This document shows, in pieces, positions 24,675 through 36,664 of a stretch of DNA of 43,297 nucleotides (the stretch's first letter is position 1; each line of letters begins with the position of its first letter). Below the pieces are notes generated by a model, which worked only from the letters and a program-made list of their open reading frames with translations, had not been told where the DNA came from and searched no databases. The translations under genes were made by a program, and so were the position numbers. Source of the DNA: Phoronis australis (lineage: Eukaryota; Animalia; Phoronida); assembly GCA_002633005.1 (NCBI GenBank), contig NMRA01000490.1, forward strand, positions 61,665 to 104,961, written 5' to 3'.

Positions 24675-24724
<50 letters not shown>
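24671..24724 (+). repeat. (CTG)n microsatellite, about 18 units
   Basis: ctgctgctg... with one ctt interruption. It explains the poly-Leu in ORF 24467-24742. Confidence 0.95.
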
Positions 24725-25492
24725 ACCCATTCTTACACTTAATCTGTCTTAATTATGTTATTTTTCATTACTGTACATACTCTCATTATTTAGTATCATC
24801 TCTTTATTTATTTCATCTCTTTTAGTCAAACTTTCATCATTCTTCGTCATTCATTTAGTATCTAAATTCTCAACATATTTTAACAATTTCTTCGTTACAT
24901 GTATTTAATTATTGTTTTTTAATATTTTATTGTGCTTTATTACTGTTTCAAATTTTGTTGTTGAGGGCCTCTTTGAAAGCAGTGCTGTCACTGAAGAAAC
25001 CGAATTTAAATTTTACAAGAGAGGTCAAAAACTTATTGAAATTCTAATGTGCAAACAAAACATCAGCTGAGATTCACACATGCAAAGCACGAAAAGTTTT
25101 CTTCATTGTTGCTCTTTGACCATAGCATACTCCGAAACCAAAGTGTGAAATTCAAGGCTAAATTTCAAAAATGCGTTTTTCATGTTTCTAAGGCAATAAA
25201 TGATTTTATCCAAAATACAAAACATTTAATTATCCAGTAGCTTCAAAGAGAACGACTTACAACACCGCAGATCGCAACTACACTGATCTGATTCCCATTA
25301 AAAACTGGAGGTACCTACTTAAGCTAATCAACGGCATCAAATTTGTTTCAACTGCATCTTAGTAATAATAACCATTTGAAAGTAACCTAAAACGCATAGT
25401 ATGATCCGTGACAAAGTGTTATTCTCTATGTGCGGATTTTTGCATGATCTTAACAGCACTCCACGCTTAAATTATCTAAATCACATTTGTAC

Positions 25493-25651
25493 CTTGTGGT
25501 GGTCCAGAAGGTGGATCAATTTCTTTGTAGCAAAGATTGCAAGTTTTCGCGCAATAATTCTTGGCAATAAACGGGCGGAATTGACTGACGTTTTCGCACT
25601 CCCCCATGTCTTTGATTTTCTTGCAGTTTCTGTCTTGAAAACGATCATAAC
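25493..25651 (-). CDS. ShKT (ShK toxin-like) domain exon of an unidentified minus-strand gene
   Basis: 159-bp exon with acceptor ctccattgttgcag and donor G|gtacaa, phase 1-1 and open: xYDRFQDRNCKKIKDMGECENVSQFRPFIAKNYCAKTCNLCYKEIDPPSGPPQ. It has the ShKT C-x-KTC-x2-C signature; the first Cys would be the split codon (T|GT). Confidence 0.65.
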
Positions 25652-27289
25652 CTGCAACAATGGAGAATGAGATATTTTGACTTTTACACAACATCGAATG
25701 TGGGGAACACGGTTGGATTCCAAAGGTAAAGGCGCAGATCGGATGATATTCTTGTACATTTTACACTCATCATCCTGTGAAATCGCTTTACAATCTTCTC
25801 GCAAAAATTGCACTCATACGTAATCGTCGCTGCAACAATGCACCGATGAATGCGGAAAACTTTCTCATTGCGTCTATTAATACTCTGGTAACTACAGTAG
25901 AAATACGCCCACGACTGCACCGCAAACTGTATGACTCTATTGTTCATTAGTATCATACGATGGTCACTATGTGGCACAGAATACGTCGAAACCGTCCAAA
26001 ATGGCAAAGCATATTAGTCTCCCAAGTATAATCCGTTTAGCTTAATTTCATGAAAACCGTCAAGGAACTGTTAATATACAAATGCTAAAGTAAAAATGTG
26101 GGATCCTTCCGAAAGAAGTCGTCATTCCTTGTCACCTTCATGAAAGTGAAACTTGCACGCTAATTCTTTGTCTCCGAGATTGCCTGACCTAATTACTTTG
26201 ACGCAAAACATATAGCGACGATGTTAATATGAAGTAGGTTGGATTTTTTTAAATTTCCCTATTGGTATGAAGAACATAAATACAATGACATGAGGGACAA
26301 AAAACGTAAGCCAATCTCACTCTCACCACACGGACGCATGCACACACACGCTCCCCTCAACATACCCGCCCACTTTAGTTACGATTTTGTCAGGAAAAGT
26401 TATAGCTCTGCAGGTTATCGGTATTCATTCACCATTATTTAATAAAGTTCTTCTTATTAGATTCTCCTTCTAATATCTTACGTAAATGACAGATACTGTG
26501 AATTATTTTTTACACTTAGATACATAAATGAAATATTCTAATTTCAAAATAATTGAATTTAAAACTTTATTTTATTTACTTATGGATTAGCCAAAATCAC
26601 TGTTTTTGTCAATCAGCTTCGTATTTTTTACCCACAACACCTAACTGCGTTATTCTTCTATCAATATTTTATATTATTGTATTTCACAAGGGTGTGATCT
26701 ATTGTATCAATTTTGACTGGTAGACAGTACAAACATCAGAGTCCATAAAGTTAATTTTTAAGAAGAGTTCGTTGAAAATTTTCTGTGTAATAATTTAAAC
26801 TGCAGTGTACATAAATTGAAATCGAATATAGACTTAAAAGACATTGGAAATACATTTTTCCAGTCATCACGTTCAAAGTTGTAACCTTTTTCTTTTGAAT
26901 CCTTTTTAGGCATTAGGCAAACTTTTGTTCTGCGAACAATTTCATAACTATGACATTTTAGATATTGACGGGCAGTTTAAAATGACGGATATTAAAAGGT
27001 ATTGATTTTAAACTGCAATTGTAATGATGTTCTACTCAAAACGATTTAATAGACTCAATCAGAGAACAATACTCTAAAAATTGTGAAGAAATATTCGAGA
27101 TCTTTTTGAACTCAGTAAATGAGTAAAACCTAGTTAGGTGCGTGCAAATACATCAAGCCGTAAGCGCCACAGCAATCGGAGCGGTTCAAAAATCAACGTT
27201 AGAAGTGGTCTTTTCAGCAGGAGTCCATTTGCAAATGTTCATAAGCGATTTGACATATGGCGGGGAGGACACCAAAACGAGACACGTAA

Positions 27290-27855
27290 GTAAACAAAAC
27301 TTTTTTCCAGTCTTCCCAAACCAATGAAAACTTTGAAATAAAACATTATTCTGATTGCACCACCAACAATATTATTTACCTTATAACTTGTAAAAAATGC
27401 TCTATCCAATACGTAGGACAAACTCAACATAATCTACAAACTCGGTTTCGTAATCATAGATTTAACATAATACATAAAAACATTTCTGATACTATAGGTA
27501 ATCATTTCAATTCCAAAAACCATAATATTCAAGATCTTTCTGTACAAATAATAGAAAAACTCCAACACCCCAGTACCCCTCACAGACTTAAAAGAGAACA
27601 ATATTGGATAGACAAACTGAATGCAATAGAACCTCATGGATTGAACATAAAAACTTCTTAAATTATGTCATTGAATTTTTTACGCAAAAATGTATCATTT
27701 TCATTACACCATATCTTATATGTCAATTGTCAGTTTGTGTTTGATTTTACTTTATTTCTGTTTTTGTTGATAAAGGAAGTTGTTACCTCCGAAAATTTCA
27801 AATTTCAGTTGATCCATTCTTGTTGTTTTATTTACCGATTTATATTCTTCATTTC
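27290..27855 (+). mobile_element. Penelope-like (Neptune-type) 3' fragment with an uninterrupted GIY-YIG endonuclease frame
   Basis: Open frame 27290-27661 has no ATG and is absent from the ORF track: DCTTNNIIYLITCKKCSIQYVGQTQHNLQTRFRNHR...IGNHFNSKNH...RLKREQYWIDKLNAIEPHGLN*. It is followed by a T-rich pLTR with a hammerhead-like motif. Confidence 0.9.
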
Positions 27856-27879
27856 ATGAAACAATAGTATCCTTGGGAG

Positions 27880-29115
27880 GATCGGGATTGCCTTATTTAG
27901 TTTCAGATATATTTTCTACGTTAAAAAATAAAAAATTGTAGCATCTACTGTTTGCGGGATATCCACTTTTCACCACAAATGAGAGACATTGTTAAAATCC
28001 AATGGGGGTTTGGATGTTACAGCTCCCCTGGGTCGAGTAATTCTAGAGGAGTTACTGTACTACCGGTATATTTTTTGCTAACAACATTGAGTACAATGCT
28101 TCTTATATCAAACATGACTGGTCCGGGAATTTATTAGCTATAGATTTGATCGTCGAGTAAAAATTCAACATATCTATTTTAACATCTATGATTGTAATGA
28201 AGATGACCCCTTTTTTTCCAACACCTCAGAAGTCAAGTAGATGAATTTACATCAGAGTTTCTGATTCTTTGTGGGGATTGGAACGTTGACCAGGATTATA
28301 ATTTAGACTGTTGTAACCATAAGTGCAACAACAGTCCTTTACTTAATAAAAAAAGTTTGCGAGTTGAAAGCCGGGTTAAATTTGGTTGACCTTTGGAGAG
28401 TGAGACATCCTGAAAGAAAAAATTACACACCTTTTAAAAGAAATTACGTAAGAGCGCTAGGTTGGACTAATCTTAGTTAGCGAGGAACTTTATGGGTTTC
28501 TGGAAAAACTAACTATTCTTCCTGGCTATAGAACTGATCACTCAGCTATTGTAGCAATTTTGAAATGTTACGATTTTAAAAATGGACTTGGATTTTGGGA
28601 ATTTAACAACTCTTGTCTGACAAGATGTATCTTACTAAAGTAAAAGAAGTCATTGCAAATACTGTTAATGAGTACAAGGTAAATCTTCCCGAACACACTG
28701 AATTTAAAGATTGTTCTCAGTTTTCAATTGGTGATAAAGCTCTTTTTGAAGTAGTGCTGAATAATATAAGAACAATGACGATTCCCTTTTCCGGAAATAA
28801 AAAGAAGCAAAACCGAACTTTAAACTTTGTTATACCACATAATTTTTCTCATGAAGCCGAGGAAGAGTTACTGAAACTAGCCCGCGAAAATATACGCTAT
28901 ATATTAAAGGGGCAATGTTAAGAGCTGGTTGTAGAATGGATCGAAGAGGGAGAAAAAACAAGAAAATATTTGTGTCATATGCAGGTTTCGTGTGTGCGCG
29001 TGTGTGAAAAGTTTGAATGTGGCTTATTCTGTTCTAGATGCACTAAGTACAAGTGATACATGTCTGTAAGGACTTGTTTTGTTACGTAATCACTTACTTG
29101 ATTATCTAATAAAAA
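27880..29115 (+). mobile_element. L1/Tx1 LINE fragment: APE endonuclease and linker, internally deleted, with 3' UTR
   Basis: YCLRDIH, WG..CYSSPGSSNSRGV, NIY, LILCGDWN, LVDLWRVRHP, RTDHSAI, G.WEFNN and WIEEGEK.RKY across frameshifts. AATAAA near 29108. Confidence 0.85.
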
Positions 29116-29592
29116 TATTCGAGGGCAAAAATATTACTCTCAGATTCCTCAATAACTATACCTGCCGATGATTAACTTACCCGTTTAAGTCTCACACATT
29201 CAACAAGTAATCTGCCTAGTGGTATTTGACTCACGTTCACTCACTGTACTGCTCAACTTCCAAATGGTGTTTCATATTATATGTCTCTATTTTCAAACAT
29301 TTCTCAATGCATTCGCTAACTAGTGATTGTATTTTATGTTTCCACTTCACATATTAATTCACCTATGAACGGGTGTTTGACTTAGCTTTCCGTTGCACGT
29401 CTTTTTCAATTCATCGACAAATTTGTATTTGACATGCTACTGTTTCAAATATTTCAGAACTCGTCTACCGATTGTTATTTGACTCAACAATTCATTTACC
29501 AATTAGTGATTTTCATGCACATTTCCGTTTCACACATTCCGAAGTTGATCTGCCGACTGCAGTTTGACTAATGTGTTACCCTTACAAAAATG

Positions 29593-30015
29593 AACTTAAG
29601 TTTTTCGCTGAAAACTTAAGTTTTTGGCGAAAAAACTTAAGTTTTTAGAAAATAACTTAAGTTTTAGAGGAAAAACTTAAGTTCTTCCGAAAAACTTAAG
29701 TTTTTAAAAGAAACTTAAGGTTTTAAAACTTAACTTTTTCGCCAAAAACTTAAGTTTTTCAGCACAATGTTAAGTTTTTCAGAAAACTTAAGTTTTTCAG
29801 AAAACTTAAGTTTTTTCAGGTGTAAAACTTAAGTTTTCCCAAATAAACTTAAGTTTCAAGTAATAACTTAAGTTTTCATGAAAACTTAAGTTTTTTGAAC
29901 TAACAAAACTTAAGTTTTTCTGATAACTTAAGTTTATCACAAAACTTAAGTTTTTGTAATTTTAAAAACTTAAGTTTTCCTGACTTCTTAAGTTTTTCGA
30001 AAACTTTAGTTTTTC
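29593..30015. repeat. Tandem array of ~22 palindromic AAAACTTAAGTTTT units with variable short spacers
   Basis: Core CTTAAG recurs every ~15-24 bp and the array runs into the 30025 assembly gap. Confidence 0.95.
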
Positions 30016-31017
30016 CAATTATAGNNNNNNNNNNNNNNNNNNNNNNNNNNNNNNNNNNNNNNNNNNNNNNNNNNNNNNNNNNNNNNNNNNNNNNNNNNNN
30101 NNNNNNNNNNNNNNNNNNNNNNNNNNNNNNNNNNNNNNNNNNNNNNNNNNNNNNNNNNNNNNNNNNNNNNNNNNNNNNNNNNNNNNNNNNNNNNNNNNNN
30201 NNNNNNNNNNNNNNNNNNNNNNNNNNNNNNNNNNNNNNNNNNNNNNNNNNNNNNNNNNNNNNNNNNNNNNNNNNNNNNNNNNNNNNNNNNNNNNNNNNNN
30301 NNNNNNNNNNNNNNNNNNNNNNNNNNNNNNNNNNNNNNNNNNNNNNNNNNNNNNNNNNNNNNNNNNNNNNNNNNNNNNNNNNNNNNNNNNNNNNNNNNNN
30401 NNNNNNNNNNNNNNNNNNNNNNNNNNNNNNNNNNNNNNNNNNNNNNNNNNNNNNNNNNNNNNNNNNNNNNNNNNNNNNNNNNNNNNNNNNNNNNNNNNNN
30501 NNNNNNNNNNNNNNNNNNNNNNNNNNNNNNNNNNNNNNNNNNNNNNNNNNNNNNNNNNNNNNNNNNNNNNNNNNNNNNNNNNNNNNNNNNNNNNNNNNNN
30601 NNNNNNNNNNNNNNNNNNNNNNNNNNNNNNNNNNNNNNNNNNNNNNNNNNNNNNNNNNNNNNNNNNNNNNNNNNNNNNNNNNNNNNNNNNNNNNNNNNNN
30701 NNNNNNNNNNNNNNNNNNNNNNNNNNNNNNNNNNNNNNNNNNNNNNNNNNNNNNNNNNNNNNNNNNNNNNNNNNNNNNNNNNNNNNNNNNNNNNNNNNNN
30801 NNNNNNNNNNNNNNNNNNNNNNNNNNNNNNNNNNNNNNNNNNNNNNNNNNNNNNNNNNNNNNNNNNNNNNNNNNNNNNNNNNNNNNNNNNNNNNNNNNNN
30901 NNNNNNNNNNNNNNNNNNNNNNNNNNNNNNNNNNNNNNNNNNNNNNNNNNNNNNNNNNNNNNNNNNNNNNNNNNNNNNNNNNNNNNNNNNNNNNNNNNNN
31001 NNNNNNNNNNNNNNNNN

Positions 31018-33701
31018 TTCAGGTATCAAAAGTTTTTAATTCTGCACATTATAAGTGTACTAAAATTTACTTTTAATTAGTGTTACAGATGTGACCGAAA
31101 ATGCCATGGTTAATATGCTAATGGTGGTTTGTCTATTAAACTCTGTTCTGTCTTTCATATTATGGAACTAGTTTCCCTATAGATAATTTAACTATTTATT
31201 TGGCTATAACATGAAGAAAAGGTTTTTGAACTAAAATCAAGTCTTTGTATAATTATGAGCAATTTAAAAAAACCACGTGCGTTACAGATGTGACTGTTAC
31301 AGATGTGACTATTTGGCACTTGCACTATACAGAGTTGCAGAATGCAATTTTAATGAAAACAAAGCTAATAAAATCACATTAAGTGTATGTAAGGGTTGTG
31401 GGTAAACTATTTTAGTGTTTTTGATAGATGGAGTCTTAAAATTTACTTTGCTTGTTTGTGTGCACCTGTGTTTTGAGCTTCATTATGAAATTATGTTCAC
31501 TGAGAGAAAAATACAACAACTATACCAAGTAAGTCCTTAAACCACCTTGAAAAAGTTGAGTTTAGTAACAGGAGTAAATCAGGTACAACTAACTAAGACC
31601 AACATAAACACTCATGCAGGTATAATTACGAAGTGACGTGAAATGCTGACATCTCACGTACTGAGCTAAAATCTTAGGATTAAATTTCGTTTAGGCTGCG
31701 ACAGTTGCTTGTCCTTGTAAATTATTCTGAGCAATGATCGATTTGCAGAACAGGCAGTTTTTTGATTATTTGGTCCAAGTCGATCCATGTGGTGTCGTCT
31801 TGTGCTGGTAAACTGAACGCAGTCTTGTTACTATCTGTTTTTCTCATGACAGCGATTTTGATACCATCTCTTTCAACCATCATGGTCTATGCAACGTTTG
31901 AGCTCCTAGGACACAATTGTTCCATCGAAATTGGAATCCTAGCGTGAAACAAATATCCCGGAGTCAAAACAGCTAACCAGCCCGAAAAACAAACCCAGCT
32001 TTTAAAACGCGAACCCCAGTGATCAAATAGGGAACCTTGACAATTTTTCAAATTTTTTAAGACAACGTCAATAGCCTCAAACTGAGCATTTTCTAGTACT
32101 TTCCATTTGTTTTCTGAATTTGTTAAAGATTAGCATTAATAAAACGTAACTTACGTTATGTTGAATTGTTGCTTGAAACTCGTGCAATTTGTGGTCACCA
32201 ACTTTTCTGTTCTTGTCCTCAAGAAGAGTTACTTCAACTTCTCAATGATCACTAAATTTGGAATCGGAATTTCTGAACTCCACGCATTCACATGCTTTTT
32301 TGGTAGATAATCCCTCAGAATTCTGTGACCATTGTGGCATCCACCACTCAAGCACATGCCATTTTTCATTGTGCACCCTGTCTAGTACACTGTACACATC
32401 CTCGATTTAAGAATGAACATTTTTTGCTACAGATCAGTCCTAAGTTGTTTAAAACAACATATCACATCAACTATTTAAAATAGGAAGATTTATTGTTTCA
32501 TCAAAATGTGAAATTGATACAAGTCGTATGAACACAGAGTGCTAATAAAGGCACTATTTTCTTGCGATAAACAATGTTGGAAAGCAAGTACAGGAGTGGT
32601 GTTTCGGTCCGGGGTGTCCTGTCTGATCCCCAGGGTTTCTGTTTTAGAGGTCGGGGTTTGTGTTTTTCGGGCTGGTAAGCTGTTTTGAAGGTGCGGTAGT
32701 ACGTTTTTGACTCTGGTCTATCTGCTTAACACCGTAATACCAGTTTTGATGGAACATCTTGCTTGAAACGAATACCTCGGAACTCAACAACCACAAAATC
32801 ACTGACAGAAAAAACACTGATCAGTCCCTCAGATGAAGGGGGATATGCCTCCGGTGAAGTGGGCGGATTTTCAGCTTGTGCTTTGGGTGAAGTTTGTGGA
32901 TTTTTCAGCTGGTTGCTATAGTGAATGAAGGGGACCTTCAGTGCATGTGTTCTTCACCGCAGTGTGTGTCGACGTTACTGTTAGCCGTGAACTATCGCTA
33001 AACGGGGAGTACTTGGCTCAGTAGATGATTAACAGTGGCTTTAACAATTCTTCATAGATATTTGTTCAAATTAATCATACAAACCTTTTAAAAATTGAGT
33101 CATGAAAAGTAAATCTTTACTTAGTGGCTGCAAAAGATGGTCACATTTCTTACATCATGTCACATCTGTAACAAACTGTTACAGATGTGACTTGAAATGT
33201 TTTTTGATTTTTTTGGAACTGGATTGAGATGCATTTGAGAAATTTTGCTAAATTATGTTGATTAGGGTGAATAAAGAGAAAATTAAATTGTGTTAAAATT
33301 GATTTACTTTTTTTCCTAAAATCAAAACTTTTGTTACTTAAATGTTACAGATGTGACTTTCACTAATTTAAAAGTTTAATTGGAAATACTAATTATCAAA
33401 AAATCAGGTAGTTTCAACTGTTAGTATACTTCTTGTGTAGCAAATGATATATTAAAACAATTTTGGTATTTATTTCTTCATGTCTGTAGAAAAAATTATG
33501 AAAAAAGTTATGTCACATCTGTAACGCAAAATTTTACAAATAAGAGATAAACCTTCCGATAAAAGCAAAATTTCTAACAGAAAATGGACCTGCAGACAAC
33601 AAAATTCAATGATTAAACTATGTGTAAACATCAAAATGAAAGTTAAAAGGCTGATTTGAAATTTTTAAGTCCATGGCACAAATACCGTGGAATGCACCCT
33701 C
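31018..33701. mobile_element. DNA transposon remnant with repeated TGTTACAGATGTGAC subterminal motifs (Sola-like terminus)
   Basis: Motif at ~31081, 31281, 31296, 33177 and 33343, and inverted at ~33159 and 33512. The right end ...CCGTGGAATGCACCCTC reads 5'-GAG on the minus strand, as in Sola2/3. The left end is lost in the gap. Confidence 0.5.
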
Positions 33702-33702
33702 A

Positions 33703-33899
33703 CTACTAGTACCCTATCTGGAATACCCCCCGTCATAGGTCACAATGTACCCAAGTGAACTCTCACCAGTCAACATTGTCGGGAAGATCTAGGTTATTGA
33801 ATGCGAAAGGACATTCCGATCCCGCTACTAGTACCCTATCTGGAATACCCCCCCGGCATAGGTCACAATGTACCCAAGTGAACTCTCACCAGTCAACAT
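33703..33899 (+). repeat. Direct duplication of ~75 bp separated by 48 bp
   Basis: ctactagtaccctatctggaataccccc...tcaccagtcaacat at 33703-33776 and 33825-33899. Confidence 0.9.
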
Positions 33900-34407
33900 G
33901 TTAAATATTGTTACGCACAGTGAAACTTGCATAATTTCTATCTAATTGCACCAAATAATTCAATGCAAATAAGGAAAATCTGTGTGATTTGACTTTGGGA
34001 TTGAGTATGTGCTTTTGAATTTTTACCGGGTTGTGGGATACTAGAATGTCGCACTTAAAATTTTCACATTCAGTGCGAGTTGGACTGGTTTCAAATATTT
34101 CAGTGTCATGGTGAAAGTGATAGTTAATCTGGGTACAACTTTACCTAGGAGTTGAGTTGAGGTGAATATGGACTGATTAGAATGATCTCCCCATGTCTGT
34201 AGGGGCATATTCTTTTCCCTCTAGAAATTTTCTTGGAACCTCAATTTAATATCTTTGCAAATGTCAGCCAGTAAAGTGATTGGTAGGACTCGGAGTACAG
34301 GATATAGTATTTTTATGTTTACTGTAGTACATGAGATAATAATTTTATTTTTACTGTAAACTATTATGGTTACACAAGACCTCTCGTGAAGACCATGCCA
34401 GTATCTT

Positions 34408-34572
34408 CAATGGTGGATTCAGAGGACAGCTAAGAGGCCATGGCCCCGGCCCCCTAAAACGCTACAAGATCAATTGGCAGTTGGGGGGGCAGGGGGTGAA
34501 TGTCTGATGGGCAAAACCCTACTCTGCCTTAGCCCCCCAACTCAAAATCCTGGATCCGCCTGACCGCCCCTG
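34408..34572 (+). mobile_element. MITE, same family as 19360-19517
   Basis: caatggtggattcag...ggccatggcccc...ttggcagtt...aatgtctgatgggcaaa...ctcaaaatcctggatccgcc. Confidence 0.6.
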
Positions 34573-34670
34573 ATCTTTACATGGATAGCATTCCCTGTAA
34601 ATGGGTTATGTCTGGATTCTTAAGAAGCTATCACATACTGTTATGTTTGCTAATATCTCCTTGTTTTCAG

Positions 34671-34775
34671 GTCTCTATTAACTTGGCGGAGTACATGGAA
34701 GAACTAGACATCCAAACATTTGCATCGAAACAATCACCCAGGGGTGGTATTGGGCTGTCTACATCCACATGGCAG
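34671..34775 (+). CDS. Candidate 105-bp exon upstream of the ATRX exons (not ATRX-like in sequence)
   Basis: Strong acceptor (ctaat...ccttgttttcag) and donor CAG|gtagag. Open only in phase 0: VSINLAEYMEELDIQTFASKQSPRGGIGLSTSTWQ, which is frame-compatible with exon 37084. Confidence 0.35.
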
Positions 34776-35445
34776 GTAGAGCTTCACATGTTTCATTGTT
34801 GAGTTAAAAATAGTGCTGCTATCAGGGTTTGAATTTGAAACAATATGAAATATGTCCTTGGTTTAGCCAATGGGCTTATAATCTTTAACAAGCTCACTGA
34901 TTCTTGTGGCCATTTGGTCAAGTCAGTGTAAAGCTTCTTGATTTTGCTGTAAGTTCATTAAAATAATGGGAATTGTAGTTTATTGCAGTTGCCAACAGTT
35001 TCATCATTTGATAAAAATATTAATTAATTTGTCATAGAACTTGAACTAAAAAATTACAGGATACGATACCTTGTTAGCCTGATGTCCAACTTTTATTAAC
35101 ACATTAGGTTTTGTCATATGCACGGTTTGTTCTAGATTGTGATAGCATGATAGGTGACCATGTGCATGTTTTGTATTTAAGTTGTATAGAATAAATTGTT
35201 TTGAATGTTGCGAATCCAGGATTAAAACTTCATTCAAAACACTATGTGGAAAACTGACCCACTGCAGTTCATGCTTGAAGTAAACGTGCAGACTAGTCTT
35301 GCACTTGAATCCTGGAGAGTGATTGGTTAAATTTTGAGTTTGAAGACTATTTTCTAGGCTCTGTATATAAGTCCGGAAGTTTTACAAATCAGCGTTGTAT
35401 AAACAGCACGATAAATTTCCAGCAAGTTAAGTTGTCTTATACTGA

Positions 35446-36401
35446 GGGCTGTTCCAGCAAAATCTGTATGGGAGGGGGGGGAAGGCACTTTTATTTCGTA
35501 CCCACCGCCCATATTTTTCATTTATTTCTCCAACCCATGACCCATAATTTTTTAATTATTTTTATTAGATTAAATATAAAAATCCAACACTTGCAAACAA
35601 ATTGCCTCCAGGAGGACCTGTTAAGAACTTAGATGATTGACAGACAAGAACTAGNCTCCAACCCATGACCCATAATTTTTTAATTATTTTTAATAGGTTA
35701 AAATATAAAATCCAACACTTGCAAACAAATTGCCTCCAGGAGTACCTGTTAAGAACTTAGATGATTGACAGACAAGAACTAGTTGTCTTGTCTAATATTG
35801 TCAAAAACTAAAGTAGCCTGTGAGCAATACTTTTGGCAGCCACCAGGTGTCTCTGTTCACCATGTGTCTATAATTTCAATGAACATTTTTTCAATTATAA
35901 GGATCTATGAATCTCAAACTGTCTCCACGAACTCTTTTATACTTCTGTGTCAAGTGAATATTGCAACTTGTTTATCTTACTCCTCATACTTTTTATTTAA
36001 AAATCATCAATTTTCTTATGTGTTAACACCAGTTTAGTGTTGCATAACTTTTCAATTCAATGGGACTGCAGACAAATAGTTGGCTCAAATCAAGTTGCCC
36101 ATGACTTGATTAATGGCTTAGTGAACATATTGCACTATATTGCACTCTGTTCACTGGCAATATGGGCTTTTTTGTATTGGGATAAGTTAGGATATATGCC
36201 AATTGCGTTTTTTGGCTTTTGAGGGCTGAAGTAAGCAATCTGTCAACTTTAACAGGTCAGAAAATACCACCCATTTTTAATGCATCACTTCTTATAGGAA
36301 CGACCACCTATAATTTGAGTTTTTTTCTGAAGACCACCACCCATGAATTTTTATTTCTACTGCCGTCCCCCCCTCCCACACGGATTTTACTGGAACAGCC
36401 C
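35446..36401. mobile_element. Intronic non-autonomous TIR element (PIF/Harbinger-like)
   Basis: GGGCTGTTCCAGCAAAATCTGTATGGGAGGGGGG versus CCCCCCTCCCACACGGATTTTACTGGAACAGCCC, flanked by TGA and TCA. Confidence 0.75.
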
Positions 36402-36529
36402 TCATTAGAAAGGAAACACATAGTTAGGTTTTTCAATGAGTTAGAACGTAAACGTGACATGGATTATTGCAATATTTTTGATTTTCTGCTATATTGGCCT
36501 AAAAATCGGATTATAATTTGATGAAATGT

Positions 36530-36664
36530 GTTTGAAGACTTAAAGGGAAACTGGCCAATCAGTGGTCAATGTTTGAAGACTTCAGGTAAACTGGCCAATC
36601 AGTGGTCAATGTTTGAAGACTTCAGGTAAACTAGCCAATCAGTGGCCAATGTTTGAAGACTTCA
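36530..36664 (+). repeat. 40-bp minisatellite, ~3.4 copies
   Basis: tgtttgaagacttcaggtaaactggccaatcagtggtcaa repeated. Confidence 0.9.

Larger units (their letters stand above)
20250..25000 (+). mobile_element. CR1/L2-group LINE ORF2 remnant, split by the P-like element
   Basis: Left part: IDWGVL..DDPDVAWSIFK...NNHAP, NLSLKT...WKTAVV...YRPI....FKILEK...HST. The right part resumes at 23655: TIIHATD, DTVNHGILLKKL, GVPQGSIL, LYADGT, KYLG. 3' UTR ends near 24960-25000. Confidence 0.85.

Noticed and set aside
24467-24742. Poly-Leu membrane or signal peptide ORF
   Set aside because: It is produced by a (CTG)n microsatellite in the LINE 3' region.
29593-30015. CRISPR-like repeat-spacer pattern
   Set aside because: Repeats are 14 bp and spacers under ~10 bp, there are no cas genes, and the context is a spliced eukaryotic locus.
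35528-35782. 127-bp tandem duplication
   Set aside because: The two copies are joined by a single N, typical of an unmerged contig overlap or haplotype artefact.
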